Below, one piece after another: positions 53,086-64,000 of a DNA stretch of 64,000 nucleotides. The notes under the pieces are model-generated. The model did not search any database. It was not told where the DNA came from and was given only the letters and a program-made list of their open reading frames with translations. Made by a program: the position numbers and the translations under genes. This stretch comes from Camelus dromedarius (Eukaryota), in NCBI RefSeq assembly GCF_036321535.1, contig NC_087436.1, positions 26,538,001 to 26,602,000 on the forward strand. Reading direction: 5' to 3'. Each line of letters opens with the position of its first letter. The first letter of the stretch is position 1.

Positions 53086-54752
53086 ATGAAATACTGGGTT
53101 AAAAAAAAAAAAAAAGAAACACCATAGTCTTCTGTTCACTATAAAAATGTTGAAATATATGAAAAAATAAATGTCAGTGGTATAAGGGATCCATGAAAAA
53201 GTAAAAAAAAAAAAGGTAAACACAGGATAGAACCTCAAACAGGTATTTCACATACTGTAAAGGTCACTTCAAAACATGGAAAACCTTAACAATATAAAAT
53301 TCTGTCTTAAGAACAGGGTTTGGACTGAGCTTCTAGGTTTCGGTTATTGGGTTGGTTATACTCTCAATACAGTTGCCATGTGAAAATAGTTTCAGCAAGG
53401 GTAAAACGTTAATAATCTCTGTGAATTGATAGGCAACTAAGTTATCATTTGGATATAGGCTCTGCCTTGCTGAGAACTGGAATGAGGTGGGGGTTGGTTT
53501 CTAGACGTAATGCTAAAGGGTATTGGTGGTGGGATGTGTGATTCTTTAAATGGAGACTGTCGGAGTCAGCGAATAGTATTGTCTGTCTGAGCAGCAGACG
53601 CTTGCTCTCCCACGCTCTTTGATTCCCGCACTTTAAACACGTACTGCCTGTGGCCTCAAAGGCAGCATCGTGTAATCAGGACACAATAAAACCTGGTGTA
53701 TTTTGACTTCTGAATAGACTATATACTTAGGTCTGGCATGAATTATTGCAAAAATTATCTTCTCTCACATCAATAAAGAAGATAATCCCAGTATTTTGGT
53801 GAAACTCATACTTAGTTTTCTATTTTTTTAGCATTAATAGAAAAATTATTTTGATTAGTTTTAAATTAATTTATTATCTTTTTAACACTTAATTTAAGAA
53901 AATTAATTTTAAGCAACTTTTATATATGTACCAGGAAATTTCTCTAATTGAATTTATAAAAATAATTTTTGAATACTTTGAATCTCCTTTATGAAAACAC
54001 AAATATATAAACAGTTAAACAAAGCTGTTTTCTTGGAGTTCCTGAATGAAAATTATAAAAGAATGCAGAGCCAAAATTTGTGTTTGAAATTTGTTTTTTA
54101 AATAAATTAAGTCTTGTATATATTTAGAGATCACAAAATATTTCATTATGAATATTATTTTTGTCTGAAAACACCACATAAATAGGTTTCTCTCTTTTAG
54201 AAATATATATGGTTTGGAAATAGCCTCATAGACTTGGCAGGGATAAATTATGTTATTTTCCCAAGAAGTAAACTTTTCTTGGATGTCACTGTGTAGAATT
54301 TTGAGCACAGTTGTTCATGCTGAGTTTTCTAAGCTGAAAGATGTCACTGCCGGGTCTTAAACACATGGGGCAGCGTGCCATTGAGAACAACTTGCCCAAT
54401 ATCTGTCAAGCCAGGCCGAGCATGGGGCAGTGCCCAGAATCCATGAAGAATACTCTGAAGGTCAGGGCATCAGTTAACTACAGAGAGCTCACGATGAACT
54501 GTGGAAGGGTATAAAATGCCCTGTCGCTTTCAACATGCAGACAAGGAGTCAGGATTTCTCAGTTACCAGAAGTTACAATGCGTATTGATGGCTTGGTTAG
54601 AAGTCACACACTTTAGGTAGTATTATGGCTCAATAGTAATGCTACCATAATTAAAAAGATGACATGACTAGTTTCTGCTTCAGAATGCCTGGACAGTTCT
54701 TCAGCTACTTAAAAACCTAGAAAACTGTTTTTATTTAAAAATGCACAGTAAG

Positions 54753-55082
54753 ATATTGAGTGTAGTTCCCTGTGCTATACAGTGAATCTTCGTTGCTTAC
54801 CTATTGTATGTATAGTTTCATCTGTTAATCCCATACTCCTAATTTATTCCTCCCCCTCTCCCTTTTCCCTTTGGTAACCATAAATTTGTTTTCTATGTCT
54901 GTTAGTCTGTTTCTGTTTTGTATACAGACTCATTTGTATTAACTATAATATAGAAATTATGGGAACTAATCAGAATATATATATATATATATATCTATAT
55001 CTATATCTATATATATATATCTGAATTACTTTGCTGTATAGCAGAAACTAACACAATATTATAAACCAGCTATACTTCAGTT
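54753..55082 (+). mobile_element. Short L1 3'UTR insertion with 5' inversion (twin priming)
   Basis: 54753-54940 is antisense L1 3'UTR. 54941-55082 is the sense terminal part with a (TA)n expansion, ending CTATACTTCAGTT. TSD AAAAATGCA(C/T)AGTAAG at 54737-54752 and 55083-55098 at a TT/AAAA site. Confidence 0.92.
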
Positions 55083-58000
55083 AAAAATGCATAGTAAGTG
55101 AATCTTAGCATATTTAATATGTGAGAGATTATCTAGCATTGTAATAATAGAGAACAGGTATGGTATGATTCAAAATAAGATTTTGTGTCTCTGTATAGAA
55201 AAATAATTTAATTTCTAGTATCTAGAAGGGGCAAACATGTAGTTATATTTTTTTCCTGCTGCATAAACAAGGAATAAATGACAGCTATTTTTAAACTACA
55301 CATTTAAAATGAAAGGAATAGACATGATCAAAGTGTTTTCTTTTTGTGTAGTTGTTTCTCAGCTAGGTACTAGCGAACAAGACAAGGAAATAACTAAGGC
55401 AGAAAAAATACTCAGTGTTGAAAGGGAGGAAAAATGGGTAGAGAAATCTCAAATAAATGTATCAACTGAAACCAAGGGAAAAGATTCCTTCATGTAATAT
55501 ATATTGGGATTTTCCTCTGTATCTTACTTTTCAATTTTTTTTTAACTTTTCAATGGTTTTAAGTAACATATTATTCATAATAGATTCAGCACTTGGAATC
55601 ATTTTTTATGATAATTCTTTTATACATCCACCAACTGGTATTACATTTTTCATACCTACCATTTAATCTATTCTCATTTCTTCTGTGCACTGGGTTGCAA
55701 TAAAATGTTGTCCATTGGGTTTACTAACATGTTCCTAAACTTGACCTAGAGCTTAGAGCATTCATTTTACACATTTGAAGTAATAGACTGGATAGGCATA
55801 AAATGAGAATGATGAAATAAATTGGGATTCCTAATTTAATTTTCTAACACAGTAATTTAAAGTGTGTTCCTTAATTTTAAAAGGGCATATGTGTTTTATA
55901 TTTATTCTTGCTTTATTTTTGGCAGTTACTAAAATTAAAAAGTAACTTTCATAGAGAAATAGAAATTCTTAAAAATCGATTGTAGGAAAAAGTTTTAAGT
56001 GATGATTTTAGTTAATGTTTAAATATATTAAGCAAATGCCCAACAACTTAATTTTTTTCATTAAGGAAAAGCATTCTCATATCTGGAGAAGGTGTGAAAC
56101 TACAATTTTATTCTTAGAGAAGTCTTTAGGTAATATTTTTGTAAGCTTCTTGTTAATTAACAATGGCTTCTAATAAATCGGATGTGTCATATATCACTCA
56201 GTAAATAAAATATATTCATTAAATGACTAAGTGACTTTCATTTTGTAAATGTGGAGAGGAATTGGTTTCAAATTTGAAACCAAATTTGATACTTAGAATT
56301 TTAAAGAAAATCTTAATGTGACATTAAAGATTTCTTCTAATAAAGGGAGAAACGGATGGACTATTTTACTTTAGTTTAAATAAATTGGATTTGAAAAGAA
56401 ATAAAAGAAAAATTGCCTTAAAAGTGTTTATCCTGTAACTTTTAAAGTTTTAGTTGTTTTAAAGTATAATATTTGAAAACCCTAGGACTGTCCTGATTAA
56501 AGTGTTTTTTTGTCTGATTGTAAGTACATATCCATTTGCTGGTGATTTCCACATATTGGCAGGTGTAGATTTATTAATTGTGAAAACGCTATTGACACCA
56601 TATGAAAATGTTCAAGGAAGAACCATAGTATCTATGAAAAAGGACTTTTCCAGGCAGTAGGCTTCATTTTGACCTTTTGGTGGTGGTGGTAGTGGTTTTT
56701 CTATTCTGTACAGTGATGTAGTATCAGATATTTTGCATTATTGGTGACAGTGTGTTTAAACATGCATGACTAAACCAGTAACATAGTGTGGAAATAGGTT
56801 TCATGATTGAAAGGCTAAGCCGTTTTACTTTGCATCTTTCCCCATATTGTCACTGCATGGAGTAAAAGGGCATTTCAGCACATTTGGCCAAATTCTTCAC
56901 AGTGGAAGAAACACAGATTCTTTACATTCTTTTAAATTCTTTATAGAATAATCAGCTCACTTAAAATACGGACTGTAGACATATTACAGCTTGCAGAAAG
57001 AAGACATATCAGCTGTTACAGTTATACCCCTTAGAGTAAGTGAAGGAACGTGGGGCAAAATTGTAAAGGATGAAAGCTCAGATTTCATTTTTCTTCCTTT
57101 CTCACCCTCCCCCCGCATAAAAAACAAACAAAACACCTTACATTTTTAGTCTTTTGAAAAGAAAAATGATTAAAGTAAAAATAATAAAAATGTTCTTGGG
57201 ATATTAACATATGTAGAAGTAATTCCTTTTTTTTTTTTTTTTTTTTAAAGAAAGAGATATCCTAGGTAACAGGTTTGTAAGCAAGGATGTGACAGGAGCA
57301 GAGCAGAAGGACAGGCTCATTCTGACTCAGTGAACAGGATGAACTGTGTGTGAAAGAAGATGGGAGCTCTGTGAGAGGATCATTGCAGTAGTCCAGTGGG
57401 GACAGCCTGACTAGGGAATGTGAGGAGGGAAGAATCCTGAGAGCCATTCCAGGAGCTGACAGTCCATCAGCTGGTAGGGGTTTTCTGGCTGTGCAGGACA
57501 GTGTCACTGACCACGACCTTTTGTAACTTATGTCAGATGATGCCACCAGGACCTTACGACCATCTGTCTCTCACTGCTCCTCTCTTTTGTATCAGCTTCA
57601 TCCTGAGCTAGGCTTTTCCCCGTGGTGGTGACTAAAAGAAAAAAAAAATTCCTGTGGGAGAGAACTGTGCCTGAATCATAATAAATAGACACTTTGCTGC
57701 AAGAGGCTTTTTCTGTAAATGGACTTGAATGGCTTTAAAAATCACATTTTTTTCAGTTTCATTAATATTATTATCAATGAAATAAAACCACTTTCTGTAT
57801 TTAGAACTTCACTGGAACAGGATTAATAAGCTAGTACCATGTAGCTTTCCAGTAAACGTTTAAACAAATTTTCAAAGCAGTAGATAGGTATTCTAATAGT
57901 GGGGAACAAACTGAACTGACAGAAAATATTCAGAAGACAAAATCACTTTTGAAAGACTCAAAGTAATCAAGCAGAAATAATGTAACTGTACTAATTTCTA

Positions 58001-58794
58001 GATTAAGTTAATTTTAAAATTCCTTATATTAACTAACCTAATTAATTCGACCATGTTCTCTTTTGGTAAATTGTAAAATTTAAAACTCCAAATAACCCAA
58101 AAGAAAAAGTCATTTTTAATATAAGTCTTAATTCTTCTCAATTATACTTCTAATTATGTTAATAAATAATGCTGAACTTCATAAATTAATACAGCTATGA
58201 AAAATATTCAGAAGTGTATTGATAAATTCTCAGTAAGTTAATTTTAAATGAAAATATAATAAAAAAAGATAGCTTGAACTTTGAAGTTGTAATGTATATA
58301 CATATATGTTAAAAATAATCATATAGAACTTTGAATGTTTGTTCTATGTTTACATGTCAGCATCCAACTGTTAGTCTGCCTTTTTCTAATAGTTTTGATC
58401 AGAAGTATCAGTATTTTTCTAAGGATTTCAACCAGTTGAATGACAAAACTAAATGCTTCAAACATTCAGTAAAAAATATTAAACTTGGAAAAAATTGAAA
58501 ATAGAAACATTGCAAACATCAAAACACTCATTTCAAGTTTTATCCATCATACCACTCATTGTGTGTATGTGTGTGTGTGTTTGATTTTTCAAATTATTTA
58601 AAATGTTTTTGAATTATTTCTTTAAACAAACGTTACATTTATGACCACCTTCAGACTAGACCAGATTTATCAGCTTTCCTGTCTTGTGCATAATGGGTGA
58701 TCATCGTATATATTTCTGGGTGTGTGGGTGGCTGTCTGTAACACATCACTACTACAGTTTCTCCTTTTGAACAATATCCTCTTTGTGCTGTCTG

Positions 58795-58985
58795 GTGAAG
58801 AACATTTGCTCTTACACCACTGGAGAGTAATAGGTCCCAGATCTACAGACAGTTGTGTCCAGTCCCAGTTTTGCCCAGTCCCAGTTTTGCTGTTGACTGA
58901 TATGTGACCGTCTTCAGTTAACTTGCTTTCTCTAATATCGGATTCCTCTGTAGTAAAATAAGGATGTTTGACTAAATGATCTTCA
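58795..58985 (+). mobile_element. MIR SINE with an internal 16-bp tandem duplication
   Basis: TGTGACC..CAGTTAACTT..TCCTCTGTAGTAAAATAAGGATGTTTGACTAAATGATCT; CCAGTCCCAGTTTTGC occurs twice at 58859-58890. Confidence 0.6.
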
Positions 58986-60352
58986 GTGTCTCTTCAGGAA
59001 CTAATATTATGTTATCACCATCCTATGAAACAGAAACATTCAGTTTCCATGCTCTTAGTGTCTCACCCTCCTCTAGTTTTGTTTCAGCTCCTGTCAAGTG
59101 TCCAGGTCCCTCATGAGATAGGGTGCTGCTACGTTGTATATGTGAAGGCGCATGTTTTGCTGTTTGTTAACCTATTTAAGACTGTAGTAAACATCTATCT
59201 CTATTTTTACCTGACTTGTCTAAGGTATCTTTTGTTTTATCCTATTATTTTTGTGTTATAATTGTGCAAATATGTGGTTTGAAAAATCAGTTAGTGCTAT
59301 ACATTTGTATGAAATACTAGGAACCTCTTGCCCCAGCCTCTCTTTATGTATTAACTGAATAATGGTCATGTATTTATCTTTCCATTTCAGACAATATCTA
59401 CTAAATTCTTATTTTCAAAGATAAGAGTTACAACTTTCTTACTATTGGTCCTTTTTTCCTATTGTAACATGCAGTTCAAGCTAAACTTTAAGTGAGAGGA
59501 AGTAATCTTTAACAGAAATTTGTGTAACTAAATCAACTACAAGACAACATAAGGCTCAGTGTGTCAGGTTCCAGGAAACTGTAAGACTGTAATTTGAATG
59601 TTAACCACTTAGCTATAGAATAAAAAAAAGGCCAAAGGACAGAAGTATTAAAAAATAACTGCAGCTTCAATGTGAAAATAAAACTGATGATATTCTGATG
59701 TTGTAACAGCTGTCATTTGGCATGGCAAAATGTGATCACCGAACCAAAACGGTAAAAGCCTGCTTTAAGGGTGTTAAAGGCACGTGAGGTGTTCTGTGCA
59801 GTGGAATGTGAATATACAAGAACGTGGAGTTAAGGATTGGAGCACCGTAACCATTTTCTTACGCCTTTTCTGAAAACTAGATATGAATCTCAGGGTAGAG
59901 AGGAGATACCTCTGTATTTAAGAGTTAAGCTCCCTGTTAGATAGAAGCAGCTGGGTGCTGATCTCAGTCTAATGGTCATTTATACTGGGAGAGAATGGTT
60001 ATTTATAAATATTATTTTACAAGCTCTGAAATCTGTTTCTGTGCATTTGCTTACTATATAAGGTAAGTCTGACTTTTGTTTTTTCCTTTTCAGTAATAAC
60101 CTATAGGTAACATCTTTAATTTTTCATGAAGTATTTATATGAAAACAATCACAACATGTTTGGGGACAAATGCTCTTGATAAAGTAAAATGTTTGGATCA
60201 GTGAATGCCTTATTCTACTTAATTTAATATTTTTATGTTCACTTTCATTAATTAGGCAATTGAGTTTTCAAAAACATTCCTGTTTTATATGTACATATAT
60301 TTTTCTTATTATAAAGAAATGATACTATTGACTGAAATTTTTGTGTGAACAG

Positions 60353-60395
60353 GTGTGTCTCAAACTATCTCTGGATGACTAACACCCTCTCCACA
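60353..60395 (+). other. Candidate internal exon (43 nt) of a plus-strand transcript
   Basis: Acceptor TTTTTGTGTGAACAG| and donor ACA|GTGAGT; splice signals only. Confidence 0.3.
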
Positions 60396-61538
60396 GTGAG
60401 TACCTGTGTAGATCATGCTTCGCTCGTGTCACTGAGAATTTGCCCCTTAAACTCATGGTTAGCCCCAGAGTCACCCTCAGCAGAGTTGTTTTGGGTTTTC
60501 CTGGCTGGATGCCCTGTGCCTGCTTCCCTCTCCCATCTCCCATCTTGGAGTTTTTCAGCTACAGGATGATACTGGGATGTTGGGAACTTCCTTCATTGCA
60601 CACCTACAGAACTCACTGCTCCTTCCTGGAGTCTCTGCTTCGCTTTCCTGGCTCGGTTGAGCCAGGTGGTGATGGCGCCGTTCATGTATTGTTACCGCAT
60701 TAGTTCTCTCATGTTCACTGTTTCAAAGTACTTGTAAGAAAACTGCTCTAGAAGCAGAATGTCAACTCCCTTTCTTTTGTGTGTGGTTTAGGATTGGTGG
60801 TACACTGTCACCATAATCTGACCAACTTTTAAACTATTTTTGGACAAATAATTGTTTAAAATGATTTAAATTGTTTAAATTATTATGGGCACATTTTCTC
60901 TGGTAAGTAAAATGAAATGTTGGCTAGAAAAGCTGCCAGTGGGCTTAAAATATAACCTGTTACTGAATCAACATATTGAAACCACATCTAAATTTTCCAA
61001 AAAAAGATGGGCCTTCACAGTAATGTCTGTTACCAGAAAGGAAACTGAAGTTTAAAGTAGCAGTTTTCATAGCCCTCAAAAGAAAAACAGGTTATTTACA
61101 AGATACAGGGGAGAACTGACGTCTTCCACAGTGTACTGGGTGCGGTGCATGCAGAGACTGCTTTCTGAGGAGGTGGCTTGTGAGGTTTTCAATATTTGAG
61201 TAGTTGTGAAGAAGATACACTTGAACATGTATTCTCACTGTTTTAAACTCATAGCACCTTTGTTGGTTGATGAGTTTAATTAGCTCTTATCTCAGGAACA
61301 CACATACCTGGCTTATGTTCTGTGAACTGGCCATCCCTGTAGAGAGTAGACTCTGTACTTAGAAAGGACACTGAGAAGAATGAGATACTCATTTATATGT
61401 ACCTTAGTTACAGCTTATGTTTTGTAGTGTCAAGGGCGTCCATATAATTCTGTCCTCTTTTATTTGTGCCTTAGGCTAAAAGCAAAGCAACAATTTTCTT
61501 TATTATTATTACACAAAGATAATGTCACAGGTGCAGGC

Positions 61539-61892
61539 TGTTCTGGGTATATTCTGTTTGCCCCTTCAGATCCTCTCTCCACTCTTGATCTCCAGTGGGC
61601 TCCACTATCTGAGCTGAACCTAGCCTAGGAGATCTTTTCCCAGGAATGCAGGAGAGTGAAGTCCATCTTTATTCCAGGTACCCTCTCCCGCAGCCCAGGT
61701 CCCTTCCACTCCCCAGGCCCAGCATGGTGGCAGACACCACCCCGCTATCCGCCCACCCAGGCCCACTAGACCTGAGACATACAAATTCTTTCTTGGTTTC
61801 CTTTAGCTATTTCTCCGACTTTTCTTCATTAAATTCTGCCAGATTATCCCAGTTGAGTGAGCTTAAGCTATCCTGCACGAAGTCAGAATATT
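61539..61892 (+). mobile_element. LTR33-like ERVL LTR
   Basis: GGGTATATTCTGTTTGCCCCTTCAGATCCTCTCTCCAC start, GGAGAGTGAAGTC..TTTATTCC, TTCATTAAATTCT..ATTATCCCAGTTGAGTG. Confidence 0.7.
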
Positions 61893-63471
61893 GAGCTAAA
61901 ATTAGTATCTGCAAGACAAAAATCATACGTAAAATTGAAAACAGAATTCCAAGCTACATAAAGCTTTGTCTGGAAATGAGTTTTATAATACTATCAAATA
62001 TATGAAAATTTGATTTCCTTTTAAAATAATGAATATATATAAATAACTGTCAAATTTTTAGCATGTTTCTATGAAAACAATCACATATATTTGAACATGA
62101 TAATCTTTTGTTCTTTAGTAACTGTTGGATGTTCTTTAGTAGCACCATGTCTGAAGTACATTTGTTTCAAAGTGTTCTCTAATAGTGTGCTGTTAATAAG
62201 ACTTAAGGTTTGCATGTGAGTGTGTCTGAAAAAAATGCAGTCATTCACAGAGTGCACACATATGATTAATGCCCTTTATTTTCACCGTTCAGTGTATTTA
62301 TTATAACACTCCATTATAAACATTTAGTGTGTGTTTGTGTGTGTGTATATATATATATATTTGGCTAAGGCATTTTATATACACTTTGAAGATACAGAGA
62401 TGAGCTAATCTTTTCCATCAAAAAACTCAGAGGTAAGTATGCTAATGAGGGAAACGCACCAAATAATCCTTAAACCCGGGGACAGAGGTGCTGACTAGAT
62501 ATGAACGTACATGTGTTTCGATATCACAGCCGGGGAGTGGCGGCTCTGTCAGCACCATCTGTTACTACTTCTGTCTCTGGTTCTTAGACCCATGGAAAAG
62601 TTGGAGTGATCTATTCACTCCTAGTCACTCTTCAGCTGGTCCACTTCTTACTGTTACTTACTAGCAGTTTGTATTAATAGCATCTTAAACAATAAAGTAT
62701 CATTTTGGAATCAGGTATTATTCTGTAGGAAATCCAAATCTATCCCAATTTTGCCTGGTAATTTCATCACAACGGCCATGAGGATGTACTAAGATTTTTA
62801 AAGAGAATAGATGGAAATTAAAGCAGATGACCAAAGAGAACAACCAGCAGTGCCAGTTATCTTCCTAGAAAAACACAAGGGATATTTCCAAAAGGTATTC
62901 TTAAATACTTTTCTTGTCAGATTTAAAATTACATTATTTTCTACAGTTACCATTAATTGTAAATATAAAGCTTTCTACTATAAAAATTTCATAGGCAGAG
63001 TTTATAAAATTGTAGAATGTAGATCTCTTTTGAATAAAATGTCTAAATATGTTTTTAGTTACATTTAAAACGTACTTTAATTGTGCATGATTTAGAAATA
63101 AGCTCGGATTTATGAGTTTATAAAATAGTAAGAATACCAGAAATCATTAGGTTACTTAATTTGGATTTCAGAAATTAAATATTATAAACATGTTGAATAA
63201 AGTGGATTAAAAGAGGATTAATAGCACGGCTTTTAATAATTGATATTTTCCTCTCATCTTTATTTCATAAAGTGACAAGGCTGACACCTTTGTTTCAGGC
63301 TTGCATAACCAGATGGGACGGCTGCCTTTTACTTAGAGGCACAGCGACTGGAGAGCGGCAAGTTCGGGAGCACATAGTGATAAGTTCTATTTGGTCTTGC
63401 AAAGCATGATGTCAGCTAGGCAGTTGAGACCAAGGTTCTAAATTTGAGAGGAAACATTTCCTGACTATCCT

Positions 63472-64000
63472 TGTGATGGTGAATTTTCTGTGTCAACATG
63501 GCAACTGTATACGTCTCCTTAAAGCATACTCACCCCAATTAGAGAGAATAACAAAGTCATACTTCTGCCTAACAGGATACTGCTATCCTGAGAACAACCA
63601 AAAATGCACTATCCCTTAACCAAGAAGAGGATGCAAAGTCCTTGGGTGATGTTTACCCACCTCGATACCCTGTAAGTTAAATATCATGGTTTAAAGTTAA
63701 TACATTTTAAATATTACCATATAAAGTCAACATATCTTATGTCCCATGTAAGAATTAGGACCTTGTTACTGTATTTGGGGATTATAGATGGGTTAAAGAG
63801 GTGTATATGGATGCCGTGTTGATGGGGGTGGCTTGCAGTGGTGAATTTTGTGTCAACTTGGTGAGCCATTTTAGTCTACATGTTCTATAAGGTATTTTTT
63901 TAGATGGGATTAACATTTAAATCAGTAGCTTTGACTAAAGTAGGTTACCTTCCATAATGTGGATAGGCCTTATTCAATAATTTGAAGCCCTAAGAGTAAA
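63472..64000 (+). mobile_element. Rearranged ERVL/MLT2: LTR start, inverted internal 3' end, direct internal 3' end with polypurine tract (PPT), then MLT2 LTR running off the window
   Basis: MLT2-like starts at 63472 (TGTGATGGTGAATTTT..TGTCAAC) and 63834 (TGCAGTGGTGAATTTTGTGTCAACTTGG); PPT-like GATGGGGGTGGCT at 63821-63833; 63491-63566 and 63751-63822 are diverged inverted copies. Confidence 0.75.

Noticed and set aside
1401..55082. L1 strand bias as evidence for divergent transcription
   Set aside because: L1s are mostly minus-strand on both sides of the island, with exceptions; there is no switch at the promoter and the numbers are small.
295..63068. The many short ORFs of 60-140 aa in the six-frame track
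   Set aside because: Many use non-ATG starts, have low-complexity F/L/I/S-rich composition and lie in repeats. None resembles a cellular protein I recognise; only L1 ORF2 remnants are identifiable.
1..64000. Prokaryotic systems (CRISPR arrays, operons, defence islands, rRNA)
   Set aside because: The DNA is mammalian; I saw no repeat-spacer periodicity, dense ORFs or rRNA-like sequence.

Overview
This is AT-rich, CpG-depleted eutherian genomic DNA, not prokaryotic. It is most likely camelid (alpaca/llama/camel), judged from two tRNA-derived Vic-1-type SINEs and artiodactyl-type L1 3' ends. I recognise no cellular protein-coding gene: the ORF track is noise except for decayed L1 ORF2 pieces (35.4-36.0 kb, 50.0-51.2 kb). 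Most of the window is transposable elements: young L1 insertions with readable target-site duplications (TSDs), old L1M, L2 and MIR fragments, a Tigger1-derived MITE and many LTRs. The one clear candidate functional landmark is a small CpG island at ~25.24-25.55 kb ending in a strong + strand splice donor, with candidate exons on both sides that suggest a possibly bidirectional promoter. The most unusual structures are (1) an L1 made only of its extreme 5' and 3' ends inside a 19-bp TSD (1.4-1.8 kb), (2) two twin-priming 5'-inverted L1s, one splitting a MER41-like LTR, and (3) a fold-back ERVL/MLT2 rearrangement at the window end. Repeat family names come from my recollection of consensus sequences and need Dfam/RepeatMasker confirmation. 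I cannot support a wholly new biological system from this sequence alone.
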